Source: Podarcis cretensis (taxonomy: Eukaryota). From it: a DNA stretch of 64,000 bases. The stretch covers positions 50,282,001 to 50,346,000 of the forward strand of contig OX638154.1 in assembly GCA_951804945.1 (NCBI GenBank), read 5' to 3'. Below the pieces are notes generated by a model. It ran no database searches and had not been told where the DNA came from. It saw only the letters and a program-made list of their open reading frames with translations. Positions 38,751 through 51,962 of the stretch are shown here, in pieces (the first letter of the stretch is position 1; the number at the start of each line of letters is the position of its first letter). A program made the translations under genes and the position numbers.

Positions 38751-41149
38751 GAGGGCTGTGTGTGCTCAGCATCCTGCCCAAGTAACTGTGTGGATACTGT
38801 GTCATGTGGCCTCTCCTTCCTTCCCTGTTTGTGTGCTGCCCACCAAACCTATGCCAGGGAGGAGCATAAGGGGATTTGAACCCATTCCTGTATCCCTGCC
38901 TGGAGACTGGCAGTTGAGGGTCATTGCTGCCTGCAGAGGTGGAGCTAGGTGCTCTGGTACCCAGAGTGGCATGCACCCGGAGGGCAGGGCTAGCTGCTCT
39001 CGGTGGGGGGGCAAGCGTCCCAGGGGTGGGGCAAATGTCACGGGGGGCAGGGCGAGCATCCTGGGGGTGTGTGGGGTGCGCCTGCGCACTGCGAGCCTCC
39101 CAGGGGGTGCACCGCCCGCCATGAGCACAGCAATGTCACCCCCCCCAGGAATGGCCCCTGGGGCAGGCCACACCTGCCTTGTGCAGCCTCTGGCTGCCTG
39201 AGCTGCTGGGACTGGTGAATTGGGGATGCTCAGGCATCATTGTGCATGTTGTGATGTACCCCATCATTGTGAGTTTATTGGTCCTCTCTTTGTGTGGGTT
39301 GTATGCAGGCATCATCACTAGCAAAGTTCCTAATTGGTGGGTTTTGGCAGTATTTGCAGGGATGGGGGCACCTGTTGTTTTCACACCATTTTTGGATGGT
39401 GTGGGTGTGTGTGTTGCATGTTTTCTCCAGCTGAGCCCAGCAGCTGTTCTGCCAATGTAGCAGCAGTGCGTCTCTCCCCACCCAGCATAATTGGTGTATA
39501 GAATTTTTCTGTTTAAGTGATTTTTCTTTTCTCTATGTCTGCAGTTTGCACATAATTATAAATCTTACATCAGCTCAAGTGCCCATTAGATTTAAATAGA
39601 GGAAACGCTTTTCTAGTCCACATTAACAACACACACAGTGGTACACAAATAATATACGAGAAGATACACTCTTATTCTTGCCAGCAGGGGAACAGTCAAT
39701 GGTAATAAGAGCTACAGTTGGATCAGAGTCTAGGCACATTGGCCTAGGGAGCTTCCAAACTCAGGTTGCATGATCACAGCTAACTGGGGGTTGGTTTGCA
39801 CAACAAACCGACTTCTCTTCCCCAAAGATTGGACTATAGGCAAATAATGAAGTGACAGGGAAATATACTGGAAAGTGTATTTAACCTCCCTGAAAACAAA
39901 TCAGAACAAATGCTTGTTAAATAGCCAGCCACTGTCTAACCTTCCTGTGAACAAATCAGAATGAATGCTCAACAAACATGTCACCTTAGAAACAAATTTT
40001 GCTGTGTCTGATGGGGCTTCCCTTGAGTAATTTTGCATAATAGAGTTATGCTGCACAAGGCCTTTTCAGCATCAAAGTTTTGCTTTGCTATGTAGATAAT
40101 ACATGCCCACTTAAAGACTATATCGTGGGTGGGCAGATCAGGATCTACTGATAGATTTCTGGGTGGTTTGCAGTAGATTGGCAAGAGGTTCTGACCTTCA
40201 AGTGTTTAACTACAGCCAGAACAAAACTATTCATTCCACCTAAATTTAACTGCTGAATCAGGTGGGGGGGGGGTGGAGTGGGGTTGTGTGAAAGCCAGAG
40301 AGCTCAGTTCTTTTCTGGTTCTGGAAAAGAATCCCTAGGTTCAGAATGTGCTCAGAGGCACCCTGTTCTTTTAATGCTAACTCTCTGCCTTTTGCACCTG
40401 ACTCTAGATGTCAGATCTTGGGGTTCTATTGGAAGAACAAAGTAGGTCTCACAAGCCTGAAGACTGCCCACCCTTTCCCTATATCCAACTCTCAGGCTTG
40501 AAAACAACAGAGACTGGTGAATTGGCCCAAGGCACTCTGCACAGAAGATTGATACTGCCTCCAAACTGTCATTATTGTGGGGGAGGGATTCAAGTGCACA
40601 TTGCTACTTTAAGTTTGCACAGTTGAAGTGCATTAAAGGGGTTTCATAGTGCAACAAATCTTCTTTAAAAACGAATCGTTATTACTATTATTTTGCAGTT
40701 TGGGAAATGCATTGAAAAGCATGGGATGAATGACTAACAGGAAGACGTGGGAACACCTTGCAAGCAAATCAGGGTGGATGCTCATTGTCCTATAACTGCC
40801 CCACAAACAAATCAGAACAAACTCTCAAGAAAGACCAGAAAGAATCGAACGTCCCCATGATTTTTGTACAAGCAAATGACTGGCTGTTCAATAAACAGCT
40901 CGTCCAGAGGGGCCCAGAGGAAGCAGCCTTATAACCGAGTCAGACTATTGATCCATCTAGTACAGCCTTGTCTACACGGCTTGGTTAACCGATCTCTAGG
41001 ATTTCGGACTGAAGACTTTTCCAACTCCCCACCCAGATGGACCAGGATTGAAACTGGGACCTCTAGGCATGCAACCTACTTAGACTTTGCTTTCACGTGC
41101 CATCCTGGGAGCTGTGGGTGGAAAGCTGGGATGCCCCATTCTCCGAACC

Positions 41150-43920
41150 TCCAGCTGGGGGGCGGCAGAGCAGGATGTTCGCCACGTTGAAGGTGCTTCC
41201 TCTGAGACGCCGAAAGGTGCCGAAAGCTGTGGATGATGGTTTTTTTTTTGGGGGGGGGGGAGACCCTCCTCCAACCTCTTTCTCACGACCGCAACTTCCT
41301 CCTCTGAATCTGAAAGCCGGAAAATTTACACTGGTGGGGTTTTGGGGATGGCCTCGCTCGCCCCCTCTCTCATGCCAGCTCCTTTGCACTCGGACCCCAA
41401 AGAGGACTCTCCGCATCAGCTCGCCCCTCCCTTCCGAGGGCAGCTTGTTCCCCGTCTCGAGTTGTCCCCCTCCGGAGGAGGAGGAAGCCGCGCCGAAGAG
41501 CTCAGGCAGCCCCGCCCCGTCCACACCCCCTCCGGCGCCGGAGCTGCCAAAGCGCTCCGGCACCGACGGGGTTAATCTCTCCCCGCGCAGCTCCTGGGAG
41601 GCGAGGGAGACGAGCCCAGCTGAGCCGGGCTGGGAATTGAAGCGCCCAGTATCCGGGCAACAGGCGGCAGGAAGCCACTGGCTGCGGAGCCGCCGGAGCC
41701 GTCCTGCTGGCGCTGCCCTCCGCAGAGCGCCCCCTCTGGACAAAGGGGCGAAATGCTCTCGCCTCCGTCGGCTGCCTCGAGCCGAAGGCCAGGAGGAGGC
41801 TGTGCGCTCCGGCTCTTCCGCGGAGCCTCGACGCCGCGGTGCATCGCGCAACACAGCGCCTGGCGCGGGGAGCGCAACTCGGGCGGCAGCTGTCCATGGC
41901 CCCTCTCCGCCCGCCCCCAACTTCTGGGCGGCCCCCCAGTTGCCCCTGGTGACCAGCCCCCCCTCTCCCTGCAGGCTGCCCCTCCCAGCCCTGTCGGAGG
42001 GGAGGGGTGGCAAGAAAGAGGCCAAGTCGCCCAGGCGGTGCGCGGTGCTTCCTCCCTCCCTCCCTCCCTCCCTCCCTCTCGCCCTCCCACCATCCGACCA
42101 TGAGGCAGCTCGGAGCGGGCTCGGCTTCCTCCAGTTCTTTCGCAGGCGCACCTGAAGGCCGGCAAGACCCTTCGCTGTCTCTCCCGGCAGGAGCTGTGAG
42201 GAAAGCGCAGTCCCACCTGGACCCGACGACGGCCACCGACGGAAAGCGCGTCTTGCCGGGAGCTTGAAGCGGCTTCTCCTCATCCGCCTTGCTTGGACCT
42301 CGCCGACGCCGCGCCCCCCTCTCTCCTTCCCTGGGGGTTGCTGGAGGGGAACCAGCTCAGCCAAGCAGAAGCAGCGGCGGATGGTGCGCCTGGTTCGCTC
42401 GGCTTTCCTCGCCCGGAGGCTCACGTCTAGGAAATAAGCGGTGGCGGCGGCTCCTTCCTCGAGCGCGGGAGACGTCCATGGTTTGCTTGTTTGTTTCTCG
42501 ATCGCGCGTCTGACCTGCCTGGGAGCCAAGGCGAAGCTCCGCAATCCAAGACGGCAGGAACGGCGAGACCCCGGGAGTGAGTTGTTGGCGGATCTGTGTC
42601 AAAGAGAGAGAGAGAGAGAGAGAGAGAACCAGCGTGGGAATCCAACACTGGAGCTCTTTCAAAGTTTAAAGTCAAGTCAAGCCCTCTCTCCTCTCCACGT
42701 TGGGAAGACTCAGCAACCTGCTGAGGACCAGAAGAGAGAAAAGAGGAGAGGAGATGATTTCCTCCTCCTCCTGTTCCTGCTGCTGCAATATCCGTCTGAT
42801 TTGTTCCTAACACGGTGTTTTTCTTTACCAGACTCCTGTGCCCTCGATAAACACGCGCGCACCAGTTCCGTTGCCATCTGCTTCCAGTTCTGCCTCAAGG
42901 CGGGGGGGGGGGGCGAATCCTGTAGCTCTCCGGCTCGCCAGCCAGGCCCCTTTCCTTCCGTGTCTGGTCTTCGGCTCCCCCTCCGTCGAGGCACTTGTTG
43001 CTGCTCGGTGGCTGAGGAGCAGAACACTTCCCGCTGGCCTCCTCCACGGCCACGCACGCACACACAGAGAGACACGCGCGCACACAGAGACGCTCTCCCT
43101 CTCGAGAAGGACTGTGCCTGCTCCGAGCTGAATGCCAGTCCCGGCCCGCCTCTGAGACCCACCGCTCCTGCCTGGGAGAGAGCGAGAGCGCGCGCCCTCG
43201 CCCAGCCGCCCAGCGCAGCTCCTTGCCGGACGGGAAGGGTCATCCGAGGGCACCTGCGGGCCACCTAACCTGATCTATGATCAGCTCGGTGTGTGTCTCC
43301 TCTTATCGCGGGCGCAAATCCGGGAACAAGCCACCGTCCAAAACATGCCTGAAGGAAGAGATGGCCAAAGGCGAAGAGTCGGACAAGATCACGATCAACG
43401 TGGGGGGCACCCGGCATGAGACGTACAAGAGCACCCTGCGCACCCTGCCAGGCACCCGCCTGGCCTGGCTGGCCGACCCGGACGCCCAGAGCAACTTCGA
43501 CTTCGACGGGCAGAGCAAGGAGTTCTTCTTCGACCGCCACCCAGGCATCTTCTCCTACGTGCTGAACTATTACCGGACGGGCAAGCTGCACTGCCCCGCC
43601 GACATCTGCGGCCCCCTCTTCGAAGAGGAGCTCACCTACTGGGGCATCGACGAGACCGACGTGGAGCCCTGCTGCTGGATGACCTACCGGCAGCACCGCG
43701 ATGCCGAGGAAGCCTTGGATATCTTCGAGAGCCCGGAGCCCGGGGCTGGCGGGGCTGGCGAGGAGAACGAGGAGGAAGGAGCCCCGGAAATGTCTCTGCA
43801 GCGCCTGGGCATGGACGACAGGCCACCGGGGGCCACGGGAGCAGGAGGCTGTTGCCGCAGCTGGCAGCCCCGGATGTGGGCACTCTTTGAGGATCCCTAT
43901 TCATCCCGGGCAGCCAGGGT
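41150..43920. promoter_or_regulatory. CpG island: KCNC4 promoter, 5'UTR and exon 1
   Basis: Abrupt rise in GC and CpG density against CpG-depleted flanks; GC-box-like ccgccc motifs; (TCCC)6 at 42053-42076; (GA)n at 42604-42627. Confidence 0.9.
43277..43918 (+). CDS. KCNC4: KCNC4 (Kv3.4) coding exon 1: inactivation peptide and T1 domain
   Basis: [33 protein letters not shown] is the Kv3.4 N-type inactivation domain. The T1 domain has the Kv3 zinc motif H-x5-C-x20-CC. Ends [11 protein letters not shown]|GTGAGT. There is an in-frame TGA at 43271, upstream of the ATG. Confidence 0.98.
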
Positions 43921-46900
43921 GAGTTGATGGGCAATTGGTGGGGGCACCTATGGGAGCGGGGGGGGGCTCCCCACACACTGGCCAGATCCTTATGGGCCCC
44001 CAATCACTCAGTTACCCTTCCTGCGCTACCCCATTGTTACGTCTTCTGTTTCTCTCCAGAGACAACAGTTGCTTCACATTTCATTTTTAAAATTTGTTTC
44101 AAAATGTTGTTACTAAATTATTTTCATGAGTTACATTCAGTTTGAGACATTTTTGTTATGGGCAGTATGGGATTTCATCCACTCTTGAAGGCTTTTGAGT
44201 CGAGTTTCTTTCTTTTCTTTGTGATGACCCTCCTGTTCATTCGCTGCTATTTTCTCTTCCTCTTTCCCTTCATGTGACCTTCTCTCCTTGCTCTCCCTTG
44301 CTGGCACAAACATGAGAGGGAAGCGTCTCGGTTCTTATTTTCTCTCTCTGTGAGAGTTTCTTTTCTTTTTATGCACACACATAGAGGAGTAAAACAGCAC
44401 CCCTGAATTTGTATGGATGTGGCTTACCCCCACCCCAGACAATGATCATCCCAAAACAACTCTCAGTAGGCATACACAAGGCCTTCAGATTCCCAAGGCA
44501 GCCTTGGAGCAGTCTGCCCCAGCATTATGCATGCTGTCCCCTCTTCCACTCATGGAATTCAAGATCTAAAATATTTTTAGGAAAGCCCAGTAATAATTGC
44601 CTCTATCACTGGGGATCACATAACAAAAACTACCATAGAGAGATCAAAATTTTCATAAGTTGTGGGTCCATGACTTTTGAAAATCAGGGGTCTGTAGTAC
44701 TTAGCTGATTAGGAACCACTGACCTACATATTTCCCTCCTATGCTTCTTCCAGGTTCACCACTGGCTTACATGTGTCCTTTCACACCTCTCTCTTGTGTC
44801 TATGCTTACATGCGTGTGCACAGAAATTCATTTCTTAAGCAGCCAAAGAAAGAAGAAGCTGTGGGTGGGAGTTTGCCCTTGACGACCCAAAGAGGGTACA
44901 TTGCCCCCAACTTTTCTTTCTATTTATTGTCCTCTTTGATCCACTATTCAAAAACAAGCCTTCCTTTTCTTTAAGGAAGCTGTGATGCAATCCCCCGGTT
45001 TCACCCATGATGGCAGTAAATTTAATTTTCATCTTTTAGAATTCTAACTTGCAAGCAGATTAGTGATACCTGCCATTCCTACCTGTTTGCAAGTTCCGGA
45101 ACAAGAAATACAGCCTGACGGGAAGCCACCTGCTACTTGCCTGCTTTTTCGCTTTGAGAGATACTTTTTCATGCCTGCTGATGGAGACACACCCACTTCA
45201 TTCCCATCCAAACCCACACAAATTATAGAGGCAATCTCCACATGCTTTTGCTTTTTAATGTACGCATAAATCAAATGCATTATTCACATCCAGCCATACG
45301 CTCTTGCTTTTATACTCAAGAAGTAGTGGTTCATATCTCTGGTTCCTTAGTCACACCTATCACGTAAATGCTGGCACATATACTCTTAGCTTTCTCTGTC
45401 TCACATGCAGAAGCATTACTGGCATTTAGAGGTGTAAAAAATGCAAGGGAACACTCTGAGCTCAGCCTAGATCCTGGCAGAGTTCACATTAAAATGTGTG
45501 CGTTGGTGGGGGGTTGGACTCTCTATAACCATCATAAGCAGCAAATACTCTTTTGGCACCTTAAAGACTAACAGGTTTTGGTGGGCATAAACATTCATGG
45601 ACTGGGGTCCACTTCATCAGCTGCATGAAACATTATCCTCCATTGCAGGTATGGTATAGGTGTATGCACATACATCCAACATGTTTTCTTCCAGCCAAAC
45701 AGCCAAATCCCAAAACCAGGCATTCCAAAGATGGCATTACTGGTCCCTTCTGTAGTCTCAAAGGTCTTAGATTTCCAAAGCTGCTCTCAATTTATGAGAG
45801 GGTCCAAAATAGACTTGCTGAAAACAGCCTCCAGGGATTTTCCCACACTGCCTTCGCCTGTCTCTCGTCTTCTCCTGGAAAATGCTTTCCCCAGCCGTTG
45901 ACCTCGGTGATGCCTGATGATATGATTATCAGAGCTAGAAATGAAAAAACCTGCCCCAATGTAGTGATAAGTACATCTGTCCCTACCTTCTCCCTGCAAC
46001 TATTTAAGAATATGATCAGCCCAAGTCATTGCACGAAAAAATCTCAGTACCTGTTTTGTTTTTGCGAAGGTTTCAGTTTCTTGGAGAAAGCAAAGCTTAA
46101 GGGGCTCTCACTGTCAATGGCAGATGGAGAACTGTCCTCTCCCAGGGACCAAGGCACAGGGCCATAGAAGAATGGCTTCGAAAAGCATCTAAATTAAAAG
46201 GGAGAGGATATGTATTAAGATTTGGCGGGCATTAGCTAGATGGCATGACCTGGCTGACTCTGCTGTACTCTGGGGAAGCTGAGAGCAGTTGACCCAGGAA
46301 ACTTCATTTACCTCCATCTCCAAACTTCCTTACAACTGTGATAAGGATCCTCATATGGTATAAACAGGTGCTGTTCAACTCATTTCAAGCTCTCGATACT
46401 TCCAGCAAGATTATCTCAATTTGTACCAGCTAAGTATCCAGTACTGCTAATGTTACATACTAGTGTTGAGAAGGGTGTTTTAAATGGTTCATGAAATATG
46501 AATATGAAATATGAATATGAATTAGAAATATGAATTAGAAAGTGCCCTTGCGCTTCATTTAGGTGGTGTAGAAATAACCCCCCCTCCCCTTAATGGAATC
46601 CTGCTCTGAAAGAAACAAGTGTTGATGCATTATTTGTCACAGAAACAAGATCTCTGATCTTTGTTGTCCACTAAGGCTTGACTTTCCAAAGACTGCCATA
46701 GATTCCATCTTTTTCATCACTGGAATAAATTCTAGGTGGCCTTAACTGGTCTTATGAACCCTTGTTCTTCATTGGGTACATGACATTTTGATTTGATTTC
46801 TCAGGCCAGAAAATGTTTCTAATAATAACAATTTTGTATTTTTCTTGACTAAGACAACATAGGGGGAAAGGTACAAAAGTGATGTTACTCAGTCTCACTC

Positions 46901-48719
46901 CTTCAGTGTTCCTGCTCAAAAGATGTTGCCCTTTGCATGTAGTTGTGTGAAAACGTGGGGAGCAAAGGACAGTCCTTTGTGGCCAAGTTGTTCATTGTAA
47001 TCAATATTATTCATGCTTCCCTGGCAAGCAAGAATGTCTGGGTTTTTCAAGCAGGTGGGATCAGCCCAGACAGGCCCCATTCCTGGCTGGACCCCATTAC
47101 TCTTAGCCTGCCCCCAATCTCTCCCTCCTGCCACAAACCAACATCATAAGACATCTTGGTTTATAAGGTTGTGCTGTGAAGAGGAGGAGCCTGTGGCATC
47201 ATTATCAAAAGTGACAGTTTTATTGGTGCTTTGGCTGGAGCTAGGAGTCCCTGCTGTGGCACTGACTTCTGAAGGTTGGGTTTTCAGAGCTGTTTTTTCC
47301 ACACACCTATGGAAGATATTTATCAGAACACAAAATGGGCAATGAGGCACAGGGCAACGACAGAGTTCATACTTCTTCTGGAATTACACTAACTCTAGTT
47401 AGGAAGTCCCTCAGCACAACAGAAATTGATTCTTCCATACAAAATGCAGAGAAAGCGGCTTTGGCTGCAGGAAGCAGCTGACTTTGGAGTAACAGTAGGA
47501 ATTGGCGCTTTGTGCCGAGAAGGAGCCCTGTCCCCCTGCCGCGATGAACAAAGGCATAGCATGCTAGAGACTCACACAAACAGCTGTAATCATGGACATG
47601 AAACATTGCAGCAGTCTGCTCAGCAGGAGAGAGCAGAGTTTAAAAGCCCCAAATGAAAGCAGATCTCCCACCTTAATTTCTGCTGCTCACAGCCAGACAT
47701 AATTTTGCATCCTGACTCACTTGCGGACTGTGAAGAACAGTAAAGGGAGAGCTGTGTAGTGGGCATAGCTCACCAGGAATTCATGCAGAGGTTCTTTGCT
47801 CACACTTTGCCTGCCACTAGAAGGCAAATGTTTCAGCAGTAGCAGAGATACTAGGATCTGACAGTGTTGGCCAGTGTGATATTGTGGTAATTGTGTCAGG
47901 CTAGGCACAGACAAGGGGAGATCTAGGGTCAGCTCCCTGCTCAGCCATGAAGTTCACTAGGTGGTCTCGATCTAGTCATGCTCTGTCAGCCTAAACTGTA
48001 TTGCAGACTTGTTGTGAGGAGAAACATTGGGGTGTGTGGGTGTATGTCCCTTAGGTTCCTTGGAGTAACAGAAGGGTGGGAATGAGATAATAAATTAAGC
48101 TGTTAGACTGCTTTTGTTGCATTGCATATTGCATAGAAACAGGAGGAGGAGGAACAATACCCGAAAAGGCCTGCCTCCACCAAAATGACACTTTTCCACA
48201 CCTGGAATATACCCCAGGCCAAAGGGAGACAATTGCAACAATGTGGTGGTGGGGTTTTTTCTTCCTCTTCCTCTTCCTCTTCTTCTTTTCTCTGCACAGA
48301 GAAATGTAACAGAAAAGGTAACAACATGCTTAGTAAGAGTGGCAATCATGTTAGCTACTGTTGCTGTTCAAGTAGATGGGGGCAGCCCTAGAAACTACAC
48401 TGAGGACTCAGCTATACAGCGGTAAATAAAATGTTTTAAGTGCTTTGTAAAGTGCAATATACAAATGTGACACTAGATTGCGATGGTGAGCTATGGCAAA
48501 TTCAGTATATTTTTCAATTTTTTTTAAAAAAAGCACTTTCACAGCATTTTTTAATATGTGTGTAGATTCTACCTGAGTGCATAAAACCACCAAAAGAGGA
48601 AATGAGCATGCCAGCAATGCATATACAAGCCACAGGAAGAGGCTTCAATGACTCTATGTGTAATCAAGAAAGTGCATGATCTAGAAAACAGGAACAAGCA
48701 CACTGCATATGTGAAATTA

Positions 48720-49530
48720 AGGTGTTTCCCCACTCCTGTAATGTGCATCACTTTACACTTGCTTACATTGAATTGTATTTCCAATTTTACTACTCATTCA
48801 CCCACTTTGGAGAGATCCTACTGGAGCTCTTCACAATCTCTGTTTGCTTTGTTTTAACCATCCTAAACAATTTGGTATTGTCAGCAGGTTCCTCACTGCT
48901 CCTGAACTCTAGGTCATTTATGGACAAGTTTAAAAGCACAGGTTCCAGTGGTGATACTTGGGAGCCTCTGCTTTCTACGTCCCTCCATTAAGAGAAGGGT
49001 CTGTTTATCCATACTCTCTGCTTCATGTATCTTAACCAGTTACTGATCCTCTCTTATTCCACGACTGCTAAGCTCAGGATTCTGTGGTGAGATGAGGTAC
49101 TTTGTCAAAAGTTTTCTGAGAGTCTGTCTCTATGCCTGTTGACATTATTGAAGAACTCTGATAGGTTATTAAGGCAGGACTTTCTCTTGTGGAAGCCATG
49201 CTGGTTCGGCTTCAGCAAGGGTCTTTCTTCTGTATGGTTGGTAATTTTGTATAACAATGTTTTCTATCAGTTTCCCCAGATGTTGAGCGAACCAATCTAA
49301 ATACCTTATGAAAAATGGATGTTACATTGGTCACTTTCCAGTTTGCAGGTGTGGAGACTGATCTTAGGGGCAAGTTATGTGTTTTTGTTATAAAGTCAGC
49401 AGTTTCACATTTGAGTTCTTTAAGAACTCTCAAGTGATGGCTACCTGGATGCAGTGATTTGTCAGCTTTTATTTTGTCAAAAAGACATTGAACGTCATCT
49501 CTTGACATCACTATTTGCCTCAGTTTCTCA
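48720..49530 (-). mobile_element. Degenerate CR1 LINE ORF2 fragment
   Basis: Minus-strand remnants IQFNVSKCKVMHI and KIKADKSLHPGSHHLRVLKELKCE...NWKVTNVTSIFHK are CR1 ORF2 motifs, with frameshifts and deletions. Confidence 0.8.
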
Positions 49531-51962
49531 GACTCCCTTGCTGTGAAAATTAGGCACAGGCATGTGCCTTAAAAGTGAAGACAAATACAAAGAATTAATT
49601 CATAAAGTTCACTTAGGATAGTGGTTGATCCACCATTCAGAACAGATGGGAATCAACTTTACTCCAAGTATCTAAGTGGAGATGGCTAATTTAATGGGGT
49701 TGTGCTTAGAGACTGGGACAAATGTTCCACAACCCCATGAAGTATTATGAAATCAATATTTGCCTTCATATCACAGGGCTGATGAGTCTCCTCTTGAGCT
49801 AAAATCAATGATCCAATGCAATGACTAGATGTTAACTGAGGTCAAGCAGTAAAAATGAAAAGCTCTGCAAGGCTCATCACCAAGTTGGTAAAATTGTTAG
49901 GTGCACTGATTTGTTAAATAAAGCATCAAATTATTCTGAGAGAAATGGTGTACACTTGTGTGTGCACATGTGTGCTTGTGCTTATTTCACATTTGTTCCA
50001 GTTATTCATTTTCTGAAACATCTTACATACTATGGAGCTTCAGCCAAGAGTATGAATTCTTCATTAGTATGTAGAATGGAAAGGCCATCAGCTTTGGAGG
50101 CAGGGCGTCAAAGCAGGGTGAACTATTGTTATTTTTTAATTGCTTTAAAATTTAAATATGCTTTTATTTTTATTCTAAGTTTCCGTTACCTTGTGAATAG
50201 CAGGAACCTATGCACTTATATTCAGTAGCAAGTCCCACTGAAACCTCTCAAGTAACTCTGTAATTCTATACACACTTAGCTGAGAGGATGAGGAATATTT
50301 GTGGACAGATATACATAGGACTGCTCTATTACATTTCAGTGGAAATTACTCTCAGGTACATATGGCTGCAGCCTTAATGTACACACACACACCACTAGCC
50401 TGCTTTAAAATGAAATCTGAGTTTAATGCAAATAAATACGTTAAATATTTACACTAATAATCTCAGAAAATTCTATTGATAACTTTCTGTGAAACACATT
50501 GAATTAAAGGTTGAATAAGCAGGACAGGAGCGCAACAGAACTTTCTGATTTGGGATTCTCAGCAACTGGCATTCAGAGGCATATTGTCTCGACACTGAAG
50601 CTAGTACTCAGCCAACATGACTAATTGCCATTGATAGCCTTTTCATGGATTTGTCTAATCCACTTTTAAAGCCAACTGAGTAGATGGCCAGCTCATCTGG
50701 CATTTATTCCTATACCATGGAGGAAAACTGATTTGCCCAATAACTGCCAGCCCTTGCTTCTGGAAAGTTATCAATTTCAAAGGCAGTTTGCCAAGTGACG
50801 GGGAGAGTTGTGTTGTTTGGGGGAAAGAAACTTAAAACTCCTCTGTGCTCTCTGAACTAGTTTTACTCAGGATCCTAGCCTTAGCCTTCAAGCAAATCAT
50901 CTGGCTTAGTCTGCTCTCATGTGGACAGGAAAAGCCAAACTAAAATCTGTGAGTTTCACAACAGATCCCCTTGTATCTAAATGGTAGGTACTGTATATAT
51001 TCTGTAGTACATGTAGCCTCACAGTTTAGGGTTTTGGATTATACTCCTAGGTAGCATGAATCATTTATTTAATTGCAAACTAGTGCTTTAATTAATATCA
51101 CATCAAAATGATATATGAACGATCAAACTTACTACTTCTTCATCAAAGCTACCAGACCTTTGCTCCAAGTCATCGTCAACCAAAGCACAGGAATAGCCTT
51201 CATATGTTCATGTGGGTTTTAATCCATGCATTGGTTGGCAAACTAATGTGCAGGGGGGAAACAAACAAGAATGAGGTTGGAACACAAACAAACACAAGTA
51301 GTCCCAACTGGGTAATTGAGGTCTTCCTGTTTATTGTTAGCTGGCCTTTGGGATACAGGAGAAACCTAAACTGCTGAAGAGTTTCATTGCCATCAGAGGC
51401 ATGGAAATTTCATGCTGCCCAACAATTCGGTCCAAAAAGGACATCATAAAGCAATGAGGAAGTTGAGTATGGCATGTTCAGTCCTCACCTAATCTTGGCA
51501 CATACTTATTAGTATTATTCCTTTAAGGTTAGCATAGTGTTGAAGAAAGGAGACAGATTGCCTGCAAGCTCATAATTTTGAGGTATGAACACTCACTGTT
51601 TCCACAATCTCCTCCCTCCAACTTCTTTGACTGATCAATCTCACTGAGTTGGGGGTGTGGCTGGAACTGAAAACTAAGATTCATTCATGAAGGAAAGGAT
51701 CCATTCAAGAAAGACTCCTCCTCTCCTCAGAGAGCACAGCCACATCAAGTGAGTAGAGAAAAACTCCAAGCTTGTCATTTGATCATGTGTATACCTCTTC
51801 CTAGGTTCAAATCAAGCATACATCTTCATTCTGTATCTTCTTTGTAGCAATTAATAAGTGCACCGGAGAAAGAGAGAGATGTTGTTTTCTACATATATTG
51901 TTTTTCTTCTCCCATGGCCTGTTCATTTTAATCACTGAGCTTATTTTCTTGTCCTCCTGCAG

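Noticed and set aside
38749-39460. 150-aa ORF and a hydrophobic 93-aa ORF
   Set aside because: They arise from a GC-rich repeat-like patch and GT-rich sequence; no exon structure or family match.
41093-42544. Long ORFs of 483 aa (-), 352 aa (+), 244 aa and 214 aa in the KCNC4 upstream region
   Set aside because: Overlapping Arg/Gly/Pro/Ala-rich frames on both strands with no domain similarity; stop-codon depletion is expected in a CpG island.
42441-43268. 275-aa + strand ORF ending just before the KCNC4 ATG
   Set aside because: Starts at GTG, runs through a (GA)n microsatellite, is out of frame with KCNC4 and has no recognisable homology; not an N-terminal extension.
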